A stretch of DNA of 64,000 nt from Gemmatimonadaceae bacterium (GTDB lineage Bacteria > Gemmatimonadota > Gemmatimonadetes > Gemmatimonadales > Gemmatimonadaceae), in contig DATFFP010000051.1 of assembly GCA_035249985.1 (NCBI GenBank), positions 4,781 through 68,780 of the forward strand, in the 5' to 3' direction. Below the pieces are notes generated by a model. The model had not been told where the DNA came from. It saw only the letters and a list, made by a program, of their open reading frames with translations, and made no database searches. A program made the translations under genes and the position numbers. Within the stretch, counting starts at the first letter, position 1. The number at the start of each line of letters is the position of its first letter. This document shows, piece after piece, positions 27,464 to 38,128 of the stretch.

Positions 27464-28855
27464 GTGAGAATCGGCTTCATCACTCTGGGCTGCGACAAGA
27501 ACACCGTCGACAGCGAGCGCTACCTCGCGCGCCTCGTCGGCCGTGGCGCCGAGCCCGTCAGCGACCTCGCGACCGCCGAGGTGATCGTCGTCAATACGTG
27601 CGGTTTCATCGATGCCGCGAAGAAGGAGTCCATCGACGCCCTCATCGAGGCCGGCCGCCTCAAGGAGGACGGCTCCTGCCAGGCCGTGGTCGCCGTCGGC
27701 TGCATGGTCGAGCGCCACAAGCAGGAGCTTCTCGAACACCTTCCCGAAGTCGATCTCTTCCTCGGCTCCTCCGAGATGGATCAGCTCGTCCCCGAGCTCG
27801 AGCGCCGCGGCGTAATCGGGGACCCGACCGTCGAGCATCCCGGCGTGCGCGTCTACACGGGCGATCTGCCGCACGTGCGCTACCTCAAGGTGAGCGAGGG
27901 GTGTGATCACGGCTGCGCGTTTTGCGCGATACCGCTCATGCGCGGCCGTCATCGCTCGTTTTCCCTCGACGAGCTGATGCACGAAGCTCGCGAGCTGGAG
28001 CGACAGGGTGCGGTCGAAGTGAATCTCGTCGCGCAGGACCTGGCGCATTACGGGCGAGATCTGCGCGGGAATCCTCCTGGGGTGGGGGTTCGGCTCCCCG
28101 AGCTGCTCGAGACGCTCCTGCGTGAGACGTCGATTCCATGGTTCCGGCTCCTGTATCTCTACTCGGCCGGACTCACGCCGCGTCTGCTCGAGGTCATCTC
28201 GCGCGAATCCCGAATCGCTCCGTATCTCGACATGCCCATCCAGCACGCGTCCGACGCGGTGCTCGAGCGCATGCGACGGCCGGAGCGCGAGCGCACCATT
28301 CGCGAAAAAGTCCGGCGTGTGCGCGACGCTGTCCCTGACGTCGCCATTCGCACGACGTGCATCGTCGGGTTTCCAGGGGAGACGGACGCGGACTTTCAGC
28401 GGCTGCTCGATTTCCTCGAGGAGACGCAATTCGAGCGCGTTGGCGCGTTCACGTACAGTGCGCAGGAGGGCACGCGGGCACATGCGATGGCGGACGATGT
28501 GCCGGACGACGTAAAGCGTGAGCGGCTGGAGCGCCTGCTCGACTTACAGCGTGCAGTGACCGCCGAACGTTACGAGCGTTTTATCGGGCGGCGCGTGCGT
28601 GGCATCGTCGACCGGCGCGCCGATCGGCTGGAGGCACGTGCCATCTGGCAGGCCGACGACATCGACGGCCTCACCGTCCTCGCGGGCGATGCGGCTCCCG
28701 GCTCGATCGTGGACATGACGATCACGGCGGTGCACGACGACTTCGACTTCCTCGCGACTCAAGAGGCCGTCATCGCCAGTCCGCCGGTGCCGGTTCGCTC
28801 GCGATCGTCGTTGCCGGTGGTGTCGCTCACGAGCATCGGGAGCTTTGGTCGGTGA
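27464..28855 (+). CDS. rimO: Ribosomal protein S12 methylthiotransferase
   Basis: 463 aa, GTG start. N-terminal MTTase domain (IGFITLGCDKN), radical-SAM cluster motif EGCDHGCAFCAIP, C-terminal TRAM domain. Confidence 0.85.
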   Translation: MRIGFITLGCDKNTVDSERYLARLVGRGAEPVSDLATAEVIVVNTCGFIDAAKKESIDALIEAGRLKEDGSCQAVVAVGCMVERHKQELLEHLPEVDLFLGSSEMDQLVPELERRGVIGDPTVEHPGVRVYTGDLPHVRYLKVSEGCDHGCAFCAIPLMRGRHRSFSLDELMHEARELERQGAVEVNLVAQDLAHYGRDLRGNPPGVGVRLPELLETLLRETSIPWFRLLYLYSAGLTPRLLEVISRESRIAPYLDMPIQHASDAVLERMRRPERERTIREKVRRVRDAVPDVAIRTTCIVGFPGETDADFQRLLDFLEETQFERVGAFTYSAQEGTRAHAMADDVPDDVKRERLERLLDLQRAVTAERYERFIGRRVRGIVDRRADRLEARAIWQADDIDGLTVLAGDAAPGSIVDMTITAVHDDFDFLATQEAVIASPPVPVRSRSSLPVVSLTSIGSFGR

Positions 28856-30135
28856 CGGTGCGCAGCGCCGCGATCATGGCGCGGGCGCGCGATCTGTTTC
28901 CGGGTGGGGTGAGCTCGCCGGTCCGCGCCTTCCGCGGCGTGGGCGGCGAGCCCTTCGTCGTGCACCGCGGGGAAGGGCCGCGCCTGTTCGACGCGGACGG
29001 CCGACAATACATCGACTACGTGCTCTCGTGGGGGGCCTTGGCGCTCGGCCACGCATCACCTCCGGTGCTCGATGCGATTGCGGACGCGATGCAGCGTGGA
29101 ACGAGCTTCGGCGCCCCAACGGAGCTCGAGGTGGAGCTTGGGGAGCTCGTCAGGCAGCGTATGCCGCACGTCGAGATGATGCGGTTCGTCTCGAGCGGCA
29201 CCGAGGCGACGATGAGCGCCATTCGTCTCGCCCGCGCCGCCACTGGCCGCGAGTACATTCTGAAGTTCGACGGATGCTATCATGGCCATGGCGACGCGTT
29301 TCTCGTGCGCGCGGGATCGGGGGTCGCGACCCTCGGGCTGCCCGATTCTCCCGGCGTTCCCGATTCGCTCGCCGCGCTGACGCTGTCCGCACCCTTCAAC
29401 GACCTGAATGCCGTTCACGAGGTCGCGTCGGTGCAGGGCAGCCGCCTCGCCGCCATCATCGTCGAGCCGATCATCGGCAACGCGGGCTTCGTCGCACCGG
29501 ATCCAGCCTTCCTTCGCGGACTGCGAAGCGTGGCGGATGACGCTGGCGCTCTCTTGATCTTCGATGAGGTGATGACCGGCTTTCGCATCGCGCCCGGCGG
29601 AGCTCACGAGCGGTTTGACGTTCGCGCCGATCTTACGACGCTCGGCAAGGTGATCGGAGGCGGGTTGCCAGCGGCTGCGTACGGCGGACGACGCGACCTC
29701 ATGGAGATGGTCGCGCCTTCCGGGCCGGTGTATCAGGCCGGCACACTGTCCGGCAATCCGCTGGCGATGGCCGCGGGCCTCGCCACTCTTCGCATGTTGA
29801 CGCCGTCGCTGCATCAGAAGGTCGAGGCGAGGACGACTCGCCTCGTTTCGGGACTGCGAGAGATCGCCGCCCGGCTTCGCGTTCCCTTTACCGCGGACAG
29901 TGCGGGATCGATGTTCGGCTTCTTTTTCCGGGCAGAGCCCGTGCGCTCATTCGCCGATGCGCGCGCGAGCGATGTGCAGCTGTTCCGACGCTTTTTCCAC
30001 GCCGCGCTCGAGCTCGGCGTTTACTTCGCGCCGTCTCCCTTCGAGGCCGGCTTCGTCTCCGCGGCGCATGGAGACGCCGAGATCGACGCGACCCTCGACC
30101 GTGTCGAGCGCGCTCTGGATACCGCGCGTGCCTAA
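28852..30135 (+). CDS. hemL: Glutamate-1-semialdehyde 2,1-aminomutase
   Basis: 427 aa. GTGA overlap with the rimO stop. FPGGVSSPVRAF, FDEVMTGFR, and the PLP-Lys region TTLGKVIGGGLP. Confidence 0.9.
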   Translation: MTVRSAAIMARARDLFPGGVSSPVRAFRGVGGEPFVVHRGEGPRLFDADGRQYIDYVLSWGALALGHASPPVLDAIADAMQRGTSFGAPTELEVELGELVRQRMPHVEMMRFVSSGTEATMSAIRLARAATGREYILKFDGCYHGHGDAFLVRAGSGVATLGLPDSPGVPDSLAALTLSAPFNDLNAVHEVASVQGSRLAAIIVEPIIGNAGFVAPDPAFLRGLRSVADDAGALLIFDEVMTGFRIAPGGAHERFDVRADLTTLGKVIGGGLPAAAYGGRRDLMEMVAPSGPVYQAGTLSGNPLAMAAGLATLRMLTPSLHQKVEARTTRLVSGLREIAARLRVPFTADSAGSMFGFFFRAEPVRSFADARASDVQLFRRFFHAALELGVYFAPSPFEAGFVSAAHGDAEIDATLDRVERALDTARA

Positions 30136-31483
30136 CGTGCTGAGGTACGTCGTCGCGTCGGGCGTGTACGTCGCGCTCGCGGGATGCGGGCCTTCGCTGC
30201 AGCCGAGCCCCACCGACGCACCCGTCGTGTGGCGCCGCGATACGCTCGTGCCGCCCGTGGACTCGACGGATCTTCGGGATACGGTGTGGCGGATCCCCGC
30301 GCCTGTCGATTCGCTCCCGATGGCGTCAGGCCGCCTCGTTCGTGTCGCGCTGTCGAGCGGCGTTCCAGCCGTCGAGATCGGAGCCACCGGTGACTGGCGC
30401 CTGCTGGACGAGGGCGGCGGAGTGCTCCTGCGTGTCTCGTCGAACGACGCGTGGCGGCTGGAAGCTCGCGGGCGCTCGGTGCACGCCATCCGTGGTGGGA
30501 TCGTGACGCCGGAACGCGCTGGCCCCCTCGTCGCGCGGGCGGAGCAGGTGCACGACTTCATGATCGTCAATGGCAAACGCTATCGTGGCGAGGTGGTGCT
30601 GACCGCGCGCGACGGTGGTCTGCTCGTGGCGAACCGGCTACACGTCGAGGATTATCTGCGGGGAGTCGTGCCGCTGGAGATCGGTCGTCGCGTGGCCGGC
30701 GAGGAGGCCGCCGTTGCCGCTCAAGCGGTCGCGGCCCGGAGCTACGCCTATGTCCGGATGGCCGGCGGCCAGGCGCGGCCATACGATCTCGTCGCGACGG
30801 TGCAGGATCAGGTATACGGTGGGGCGGATGCCGAGACTCCCATTGCCGATGCGGCCGTGTGGGCGACACGCGGTCTCGTGATCACTTACGGGGGACGCGC
30901 AGTGAACGCACCCTACCACTCGACGTGCGGTGGGTCGACCGCCGAAGTCACCGAGGTGTGGTACCGGAGCCGCGACGAGCCCTATCTTCGTCGGGTCAGC
31001 GATCGCATCGGCGGCTCCGATCGATACTACTGCGACCCGTCTCCACGCTTCCGGTGGACGAAGACCCTCGACCGAACCGTGCTCACGAGCGCGCTCGAGC
31101 GCTACCTGTCCCAATACGTGAGCGTGCCGGGCGGGCGCGTCGGCGTACCGAGCGGTCTCGAGGTGGATGGGAAAACGCCCTCCGGTCGGGTGGCGGCGGT
31201 CGCCGTCCGCACCGATCGCGGTCGTTTTCTCGTTCGCGGGAACGACGTGCGCTTCGTCATGCGCGTTCCCAATGGCGAGATCCTCAACAGCACGTATTTT
31301 TCCGTTCGCACCGAGCGGGACGGGGCGGGACGATTGGCGCGCGCCACCTTCGAGGGCGGGGGATATGGACACGGAATCGGCATGTGTCAGTGGGGGGCGA
31401 TTGGTCGCGCGCGCGCGGGTATCGATTTCCGCAGCATCTTGAGTACGTACTATCCGGGAACCGCGCTCGCCTCGGTGGAGTGA
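30128..31483 (+). CDS. SpoIID/LytB-domain protein (probable lipoprotein)
   Basis: ORF 29900..31483 trimmed to in-frame GTG 30128 (an alternative is GTG 30137). Lipobox VALAGC. SpoIID-type motifs NAPYHSTCGGSTA and GGGYGHGIGMCQWGA. Confidence 0.75.
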   Translation: MPNVLRYVVASGVYVALAGCGPSLQPSPTDAPVVWRRDTLVPPVDSTDLRDTVWRIPAPVDSLPMASGRLVRVALSSGVPAVEIGATGDWRLLDEGGGVLLRVSSNDAWRLEARGRSVHAIRGGIVTPERAGPLVARAEQVHDFMIVNGKRYRGEVVLTARDGGLLVANRLHVEDYLRGVVPLEIGRRVAGEEAAVAAQAVAARSYAYVRMAGGQARPYDLVATVQDQVYGGADAETPIADAAVWATRGLVITYGGRAVNAPYHSTCGGSTAEVTEVWYRSRDEPYLRRVSDRIGGSDRYYCDPSPRFRWTKTLDRTVLTSALERYLSQYVSVPGGRVGVPSGLEVDGKTPSGRVAAVAVRTDRGRFLVRGNDVRFVMRVPNGEILNSTYFSVRTERDGAGRLARATFEGGGYGHGIGMCQWGAIGRARAGIDFRSILSTYYPGTALASVE

Positions 31484-31484
31484 C

Positions 31485-32144
31485 ATGCGTCGGGCGCTCA
31501 TCCCACTTCTGATGCTCATTGCGCTGACGCCATCCGGTAGTCAGGCGCAGTCCCTGTTCGAACGCCTCAACCTCGATCGCCTGCGTCTCACGGCGCTCGG
31601 CGTCACCGCCGGGCCCGTTCGAGCGTCGCGCGCCGAGGATGCGCAGTCGTTCGGTGTGTTTGCCGACTACGGATATATCGCGCGCTCATGGCGCGTCGTG
31701 TTCTCCGCCAATTACTGGGGATCGCGCTTCCGTGATGAGTTCGTCGACACCTTCGAGCAGCGGCTACGCGAGCAGGTGATCGATCCGTCCGGCGATGACA
31801 CACTCGACCTTGGCCGCATCAATGTCTCCGACATCGCGTTGGAGGTCGATCTGCGATACACGCCGCGCCCGAACGCATTCCTGCGACCGTACGCCGGCGG
31901 CGGCCTCGGGGCGCACATGATCAATGCCGAGTCGCCCTTCATCAACGACACGTTCGTCGAGAGTGCGCTCGACAACATTTCGGGCGGCTTCGCCGTATTC
32001 GGCGGTGTCGATACGGCGCCGGCTGGTCGCATCAGCTTTGGGCTGCAAGCGCGCTTGAATCTGTTGAGCAATCTGCGCTACTGGTCGGGACGTGCGCTCG
32101 TCACTTACTTCTTCGGCAACCAACCCCCATTGTCCTCACCGTGA
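31485..32144 (+). CDS. Outer-membrane beta-barrel protein (OmpW/porin-like), hypothetical
   Basis: Signal peptide MRRALIPLLMLIALTPSGSQAQ. Alternating hydrophobic beta-strand pattern, with aromatic residues near the C-terminus (VTYFF). Confidence 0.55.
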   Translation: MRRALIPLLMLIALTPSGSQAQSLFERLNLDRLRLTALGVTAGPVRASRAEDAQSFGVFADYGYIARSWRVVFSANYWGSRFRDEFVDTFEQRLREQVIDPSGDDTLDLGRINVSDIALEVDLRYTPRPNAFLRPYAGGGLGAHMINAESPFINDTFVESALDNISGGFAVFGGVDTAPAGRISFGLQARLNLLSNLRYWSGRALVTYFFGNQPPLSSP

Positions 32145-33145
32145 AGCCGGCTATTCGCATCGGCGTCGTGGGCGTCGGAGCCATCGCGCAGATCGCACAT
32201 ATCCCCGTGCTGTCGAAGATGCGCGGCGCGCAGCTCGTGGCGTTGTGCGACAACGACCGTCCCAAGGCGCGCTCGCTTGCCGACCGATTCGGGGTGCCGG
32301 ATGTTTTCACCGATATCGAGGACCTGCTCGAGTTCGATGAGCTCGACGCCGTCATCATCTCGACGCCGAACCATCTGCACGAGCCGCACGTATTGAGCGC
32401 GCTGCAGGCGGGGGTGCACGTGCTCTGTGAGCGACCGCTCGCGCTCACGTCGCGCGGCGTGGAGCGGCTGCTGAGTGCGGCGCAGCGCGCGGAGCGAAAA
32501 GTCGCCGCGGCCCTGAATCACCGTTTTCGCAGCGATGTGCAGGCGCTCGATCGCTTTCTTCGCGGGGGAGAGCTGGGTCGCCTCACCGGCGTGCGAGCTG
32601 GGCACTATCAGGTGAAGAAGAGTCTCGAAGGGTGGCGGCACCGGCGCGCCGAGGCGGGCGGAGGCGCATTCTTCGAGTATGGGTTGCCGTTGCTCGATCT
32701 GGCGCTGTGGCTCGCCGATTTTCCCGAGCCGGTACGCGTGTCGGCCCAGATGGAGCGTGCGCGCGGCGCGAGCGCGGTCGAGGATACCATGTTCGTCCAC
32801 CTCGAGTGCGCGCAGGGCATGTCGCTCGCGTTCGATGTCACCTGGTCGTACGTCGGCGACGAGGACCGATGGTGGTTCGAGGTGCTCGCCTCACGCGGCA
32901 ATGCGCGCCTGGCGCCACTGCGGGTCGTGAAGGAGATCAATGGCAAGCCGATGGACGTGTCGCCCGGCGGCGCCGCGGCCCGCGAGAGCGCCTTCATCCA
33001 GTCCTACCGAGCCGAGCTCGCGCACTTCGTCGCGGTGCTGCGCGAAGAGGCGGAGTATGAGATTCCGACTGAACAGGTGATGGTCCACCGGATCGCTGAA
33101 GCGATCTACAAGTCGGCGGACGAGGGGAAAGAGATTCGATTGTGA
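32141..33145 (+). CDS. Gfo/Idh/MocA-family NAD(P)-dependent oxidoreductase
   Basis: 334 aa. Rossmann N-terminus IRIGVVGVGAIAQIAHIP, and EKP-like motif region VLCERPLA. GTGA overlap with the previous stop. Confidence 0.8.
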   Translation: MKPAIRIGVVGVGAIAQIAHIPVLSKMRGAQLVALCDNDRPKARSLADRFGVPDVFTDIEDLLEFDELDAVIISTPNHLHEPHVLSALQAGVHVLCERPLALTSRGVERLLSAAQRAERKVAAALNHRFRSDVQALDRFLRGGELGRLTGVRAGHYQVKKSLEGWRHRRAEAGGGAFFEYGLPLLDLALWLADFPEPVRVSAQMERARGASAVEDTMFVHLECAQGMSLAFDVTWSYVGDEDRWWFEVLASRGNARLAPLRVVKEINGKPMDVSPGGAAARESAFIQSYRAELAHFVAVLREEAEYEIPTEQVMVHRIAEAIYKSADEGKEIRL

Positions 33146-34704
33146 GGCGCCCCGGCTGGCTCCCGGTGCGCGAAGAGGCGCTGCCGGCGTTCGCGTCGGC
33201 GGCGCTTTTCCTGATCGCGTTCCCGCCATTTCGCCTCCTGCTACCAGCGTTCCTGACGTTGATCCCGGTGGCGATCGTCGTCGCGCGAAAGGTGGACGTG
33301 GGAGAGCCCGTACGATCGTCGTTCCGCTTCGGCTTCTGGTACGGTGCCCTCGCATACGGGCTCACGCTGTACTGGATCGCCATCGCGCTTTCGATCTACA
33401 CCAAGCTGTCGTTCCTCGGGTACATCGGTGCCGTGCTGGTCATGGCGCCCGTCGTGGGCGTCACGATCGCCGCGCTGCATGCGGCCCGCCGTGCAACGCG
33501 ATGGCCCTTCGCGATCCTCCTGCCGATCATCTGGACGGCGTCGGAAGTCGTCATCAACTACATGAGCGACCTCGCCTTTCCCTGGCTGCCGCTCGGGCTC
33601 GCGACCTCCCGGCTGCCCACGCTGGCGCAGATCGCCGATCTCTCGGGCGTGCGCGGAGTGAGCTTCTGGATCGCGGCGACGGCCGGGTTGCTGACCGACG
33701 CGTGGCTCGTGCGCGCCGAGCTTCGTCGTGCACTCGTCAGGGTCGGCATCGTCGTGGTGCTGGCGGCGGCGGTCGTTGGGTACGGACGATGGCGCCTTGG
33801 GTCCATCGTGATGCAGCCGGTTGCGCCGATCGCGATCGTCCAACCGAACATCCCCCAGGAGGAGAAGTGGCAGGATGCCAACCGCGATCGCATCGTGTCG
33901 ATCCTGGCAGGCCTGACGCGTGAGGGGATGCGAGTTGGCCGACCGCAGCTCGTCGTCTGGCCCGAGGTCGCACTCCCGGGATATCTCGTGCAGAATCCCC
34001 AGTGGGCCGACACCCTCCGCGCTCTCTCCGCTCCCACGCGCATCCCGATCCTCTTTGGCGTTCTCGACGTCGAGTTCCTGGCGACCACGGCACCCGGTGG
34101 CACGCAGGAGTATGAAGTGTTCAACGCCGCGATGACGACCGACTCCACCGGCGCCATCGCGCGACAGCCGCCGTATCGCAAGGAATTTCTCGTTCCCGTC
34201 GTCGAGCGCGTGCCATTCCTCGATCCCGATTGGTTCAAGGGGCTCAGGTATTTTGGCGGGTTCGGCCGCGGAAAGGATCAGGCGCCATTTCGTTATGCCT
34301 TTGGTGAGGCGGGCGTCCTGATCTGCTACGAGTCGATCTTCCCGCAGCTCTCGCGCGAATACCGCCGCGGCGGCGTGAAAATCCTCGTCAACATCACCAA
34401 CGATGCCTGGTTCGGGCGGAGCATTGCGCCACACCAGCACGAGGCGCACCTCGTGTTCCGCGCCATTGAGAACCGCCTCGGCATCGTCCGCGCCGCGAAC
34501 ACCGGGATCTCGGCGTACATCGACCCGCTCGGCCGCGTTCATGAGGAGACCGAGCTGGAGACGAGCGCCAGTCGCACGTATCAGGTGCAAACGGCGTCGG
34601 TCACGACGCTCTTCGTGCGGATCGGCGACTGGATCGGCGCGGCGTCGCTGATCGCGACGGTGGCGCTGGTGGCGGCGGCCTGGGTGCGGCGGCGGCGCGA
34701 ATGA
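33142..34704 (+). CDS. lnt: Apolipoprotein N-acyltransferase
   Basis: 520 aa. Multi-TM N-terminal half, then a C-terminal CN-hydrolase domain with VVWPE (Glu), the Lys region and VLICYESIF (Cys). Confidence 0.85.
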   Translation: MRRPGWLPVREEALPAFASAALFLIAFPPFRLLLPAFLTLIPVAIVVARKVDVGEPVRSSFRFGFWYGALAYGLTLYWIAIALSIYTKLSFLGYIGAVLVMAPVVGVTIAALHAARRATRWPFAILLPIIWTASEVVINYMSDLAFPWLPLGLATSRLPTLAQIADLSGVRGVSFWIAATAGLLTDAWLVRAELRRALVRVGIVVVLAAAVVGYGRWRLGSIVMQPVAPIAIVQPNIPQEEKWQDANRDRIVSILAGLTREGMRVGRPQLVVWPEVALPGYLVQNPQWADTLRALSAPTRIPILFGVLDVEFLATTAPGGTQEYEVFNAAMTTDSTGAIARQPPYRKEFLVPVVERVPFLDPDWFKGLRYFGGFGRGKDQAPFRYAFGEAGVLICYESIFPQLSREYRRGGVKILVNITNDAWFGRSIAPHQHEAHLVFRAIENRLGIVRAANTGISAYIDPLGRVHEETELETSASRTYQVQTASVTTLFVRIGDWIGAASLIATVALVAAAWVRRRRE

Positions 34705-36590
34705 GTGGATACTCCGTCGGCATCGATGTCGGCGGAACGTTTACCGACCTCATCGCCATTGCCGCCGATGGGCGCGTCGAGGGGAGAAAGGTGCTGTCGA
34801 CGCCCGCGGACCAGAGTCAGGGTGTGCGCGACGCGCTGCGTGCGTTAGGCGCGCCCTCCGGCGAGGTCGAGTATATCGCGCACGGCACGACCGTGGCGAC
34901 GAATACCCTTCTCGAGCGAACAGGCGCCCGCGTCGTCCTGTGTGCGTCCGAAGGTGCCACCGACCTGCTCGAGCTGCGTCGCCAGGAGCGCGCCGCGCTC
35001 TACGATCTGACGAAGCACCACCCCGATCCGCTCGTCCCGCATGATCGGATTGTCGCCGTGCCGGAGCGCGTCGAGCCGCAGGGAATCGTGAGGCCGCTCG
35101 ATGCCACGTCGGTCCGGCGCGTGGCACAGCAGGCTGTCGAGCGCACGCCGGAGGTCGTGGCCGTGGCGCTGCTGCACTCGTTTCACGACGGGCGTCACGA
35201 GCGGGCGTTAGGTGCCGCGCTGCGATCGCTGATCGCCGGCGTCGACGTCGTGCTCTCGTCGGAGGTGCTTCCGGAAATTCGTGAATACGAGCGCACCGCG
35301 ACGACCGTCGCCGAGGCGTACCTCCGTCCATCGGTCGGAACGTACCTGCGACGCGTGGCGGACGATCTGGTGCAGGCAGGATACCCCGCGCCCGCCGTGA
35401 TGACCTCTGCCGGCGGAATGCGCACCGCCGCCGATGCGGCACACACCGCGGCATCGCTCGCGCTCTCGGGGCCAGCCGGTGGGATTCTCGGCGCTGCGGC
35501 CGTGGCTCGGCAGGCGGGGATCGTGGATGCGCTCACCATCGATATCGGAGGGACGAGCGCGGATGCCGGGTTGGTCCTCGAGGGAGAGCCACTCTCCGAG
35601 CCCGGAGGCGCGATCGCCGGCGTGCCGATCGCGCTGCCCCGTGTCCTCGTGGAGACGGTGTCCGCGGGCGGCGGCAGCATCGCGTGGGTGGACCCCGGAG
35701 GCGCGCTTCGTGTGGGACCGCGCTCCGCCGGGGCGAATCCTGGTCCCGCTGCCTTTGGGCGCGGCGCTACCGACGCGACGGTGACGGACGCGCACATTGT
35801 GCTCGGCCACATCGACGCGTCCCGGATGAGCGGAGGGGTAACGCTCGATCCTTCAGCGGCGCACCGGGCGGTCGACGCGCTTGCTCAACGCCTGTCGGCC
35901 CCCGCCGAGCGAGTGGCGCGAGCGATCGTCGCCGCCGTCGATGCGGCCATGGCCCGTGCGCTGCGCCGAGTAAGCGTGGAGCGTGGCGTCGATCCAAGGC
36001 GATGTGTCCTGGTGGCCTTTGGCGGGGGTGGGCCACTTCACGCCTGTGCGCTGGCGACACTGCTCGGCATGACCCGCATTCTCGTGCCGCCGCACGCCGG
36101 GGTGCTGAGCGCGTTAGGCCTGGCCATGGCGCCGGAGCGGCGCGATGCGATGCGAAGCGTCATGCGACACGCCGAGCAGCTGGACCGCGCGAATGTGACC
36201 GCCATGTGCGAGGAGCTCGCGGCGCGGACCGGAGAAGGAGCGGAACGTCGCTGGTGGGCCCATGTGCGTTACGTGGGGCAAGGGCACGAGCTCGATGTTC
36301 CCGTGACTCCCGAGGACGATGGCGCGACGATCGCCACACGGTTTGCCACGCTGCATACGGCTCGCGCGGGCTTCACGCTCGAGCGACCAGTCGAGGTCGT
36401 GAGTCTCCGCCATGCCACCTTCGGCGTCGCTCGTGAGGCACGAGTGGGGAGCGCAAGCACGGATGGCCCGGCGGCGCCGGTGCGAGGGCCTGCCGTGGTT
36501 CCGCTGCCCGACGCGGCGATGCGAGTCGAGGCGGGATGGCACGCAAGGCCGCTGCCAACTGGCGGGTACATGATGGAGCGCTCCACGTGA
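34701..36590 (+). CDS. hyuA: Hydantoinase/oxoprolinase family protein, A subunit-like
   Basis: 629 aa. N-terminal VGIDVGGTFTDLIA (ASKHA fold), then TIDIGGTSADAG. ATGA overlap with the lnt stop. Confidence 0.85.
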   Translation: MSGYSVGIDVGGTFTDLIAIAADGRVEGRKVLSTPADQSQGVRDALRALGAPSGEVEYIAHGTTVATNTLLERTGARVVLCASEGATDLLELRRQERAALYDLTKHHPDPLVPHDRIVAVPERVEPQGIVRPLDATSVRRVAQQAVERTPEVVAVALLHSFHDGRHERALGAALRSLIAGVDVVLSSEVLPEIREYERTATTVAEAYLRPSVGTYLRRVADDLVQAGYPAPAVMTSAGGMRTAADAAHTAASLALSGPAGGILGAAAVARQAGIVDALTIDIGGTSADAGLVLEGEPLSEPGGAIAGVPIALPRVLVETVSAGGGSIAWVDPGGALRVGPRSAGANPGPAAFGRGATDATVTDAHIVLGHIDASRMSGGVTLDPSAAHRAVDALAQRLSAPAERVARAIVAAVDAAMARALRRVSVERGVDPRRCVLVAFGGGGPLHACALATLLGMTRILVPPHAGVLSALGLAMAPERRDAMRSVMRHAEQLDRANVTAMCEELAARTGEGAERRWWAHVRYVGQGHELDVPVTPEDDGATIATRFATLHTARAGFTLERPVEVVSLRHATFGVAREARVGSASTDGPAAPVRGPAVVPLPDAAMRVEAGWHARPLPTGGYMMERST

Positions 36591-38128
36591 CCGCCGAGAC
36601 GTTCGACCTCCTCGATCTTCAGGTCATGGCGCACGCGTTCGCCGCCATCGCCGAAGAGATGGGGACCGTGCTCGTGCGCGGCGCCCTGTCGCCCAACATT
36701 CGTGAGCGCCGTGACTCGTCGTGCGCTCTGTTCGACGCCCGCGGCGCGATGGTGGCCCAGGCGGCGCACATTCCCGTCCACCTCGGTGCCATGCCGGAAG
36801 CGGTGCGAGCGGTGATCGCGCGCCGTCCGCAGCCTGGCGACGTGTTTCTCCTCAATGACCCGTTCACCGGCGGATCGCATCTCCCCGACCTCACGCTCGT
36901 GGAAGCCGTGGCCCACGAAGGGCGCGTAGCGGCATTCACGGCTGTTCGCGCGCATCATGCCGATGTTGGCGGCATGAGCCCGGGAAGCATGCCGCAGGGC
37001 GCCACCGAGCTGGTCCAGGAAGGCCTCGTGCTTCCCCCGGTGCGCCTCGCCACGCAGCACGGGATCGCGGATGATGTCATGTCGATTCTGCTCGCCAACG
37101 TGCGGACACCTGACGAGCGCCGCGGTGACATGCGGGCACAGTTGGGCGCCTGCGCGGCCGGCCGAGCGAGCTGGCGGGCCCTCGTCGCGCGTGAGGGAAT
37201 CGCCCGAGTGCAGCAGGCGGGACAGGCATTGATGGACTACGCCGAGCGAAGTGCGCGCGAGGCGCTGCGCGCCTTGGGCAACCGAGTCGGCCGCGCGGAG
37301 GACGCGCTCGAGGGCGATGGTGTGACTGAGGACGATGTGCGCGTGGTCGCGACGGTTCGCCAGCAGGACGGACGTCTCGTGTGTGACTTCACGGGGTCAT
37401 CCGCCCAGGTGCGCGGCAACGTCAATGCCCCGCTTGCTGTCGCGCGGGCGGCGGCGGTGTTCGTGCTGCGGACGATGCTCGACGACGAGGTTCCGATGAA
37501 CGATGGCATCGGGAGAGCGGTCGACGTGATCGCCCCGCGCGGAACGGTCATGAATGCGACGTGGCCCTCGGCCGTGGCTGCGGGCAATGTCGAGCTCTCG
37601 CAGCGCATGACCGATACGCTGTTCGCGGCGCTTGCCGACGCTGGCATCGATGTACCGGCGCAAGGGCAGGGGACGATGAACAACGTCACGTTTGGAGGCG
37701 CTGGTTGGACCTTCTACGAAACGCTGGGCGGAGGGCAGGGAGGCTCTTCCCGCGGCCCCGGTCCGAGCGCGGTGCACGTCGGGATGAGCAACACGCGCAA
37801 CACTCCGATCGAATCCCTGGAGTGGTCGCTGCCGTTGCGCATCGATGAGTACGCGATCCGGCGCAAGACGGGCGGCGAGGGCGCTGCCCGCGGCGGTGAT
37901 GGCGTCGTTCGGCGCTACCGGGTGCTCGAGCGCTGTACGGTGACCCTGCTGACGGAGCGCCGCCGCCGTTCCCCGCGTGGAGCCGCGGGCGGTGCGGCCG
38001 GGGCACCCGGCCGGAATTCACTGAATGGGAAGTGGCTCCCGGCCAAGTGCAGGGTCGAGATGGGGCCGGGGGATGTGTTGAGTATTGAGACGCCTGGCGG
38101 AGGGGGGTACGGCGAACGGCAAAGATGA
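36587..38128 (+). CDS. hyuB: Hydantoinase B/oxoprolinase family protein
   Basis: ORF 36536..38128 trimmed to GTG 36587 (GTGA overlap with the hyuA stop). [17 protein letters not shown] and the C-terminal ETPGGGGYG are typical of Hydantoinase_B. The stop codon lies inside hairpin E6. Confidence 0.85.
   Translation: MTAETFDLLDLQVMAHAFAAIAEEMGTVLVRGALSPNIRERRDSSCALFDARGAMVAQAAHIPVHLGAMPEAVRAVIARRPQPGDVFLLNDPFTGGSHLPDLTLVEAVAHEGRVAAFTAVRAHHADVGGMSPGSMPQGATELVQEGLVLPPVRLATQHGIADDVMSILLANVRTPDERRGDMRAQLGACAAGRASWRALVAREGIARVQQAGQALMDYAERSAREALRALGNRVGRAEDALEGDGVTEDDVRVVATVRQQDGRLVCDFTGSSAQVRGNVNAPLAVARAAAVFVLRTMLDDEVPMNDGIGRAVDVIAPRGTVMNATWPSAVAAGNVELSQRMTDTLFAALADAGIDVPAQGQGTMNNVTFGGAGWTFYETLGGGQGGSSRGPGPSAVHVGMSNTRNTPIESLEWSLPLRIDEYAIRRKTGGEGAARGGDGVVRRYRVLERCTVTLLTERRRRSPRGAAGGAAGAPGRNSLNGKWLPAKCRVEMGPGDVLSIETPGGGGYGERQR

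Noticed and set aside
27187-27504. An ORF encoding collagen-like GPQGPQGPQGPQ and PEDPEDPEDPE repeats. Similar repeat-peptide ORFs occur at 26598..26792, 26642..26881 and 7771..8040.
   Set aside because: The peptide repeats are simply translations of the 9-nt and 7-nt unit arrays of hairpins E5, E4 and E1. The ORFs span both complementary arms and the flanking intergenic DNA, and they overlap real genes.
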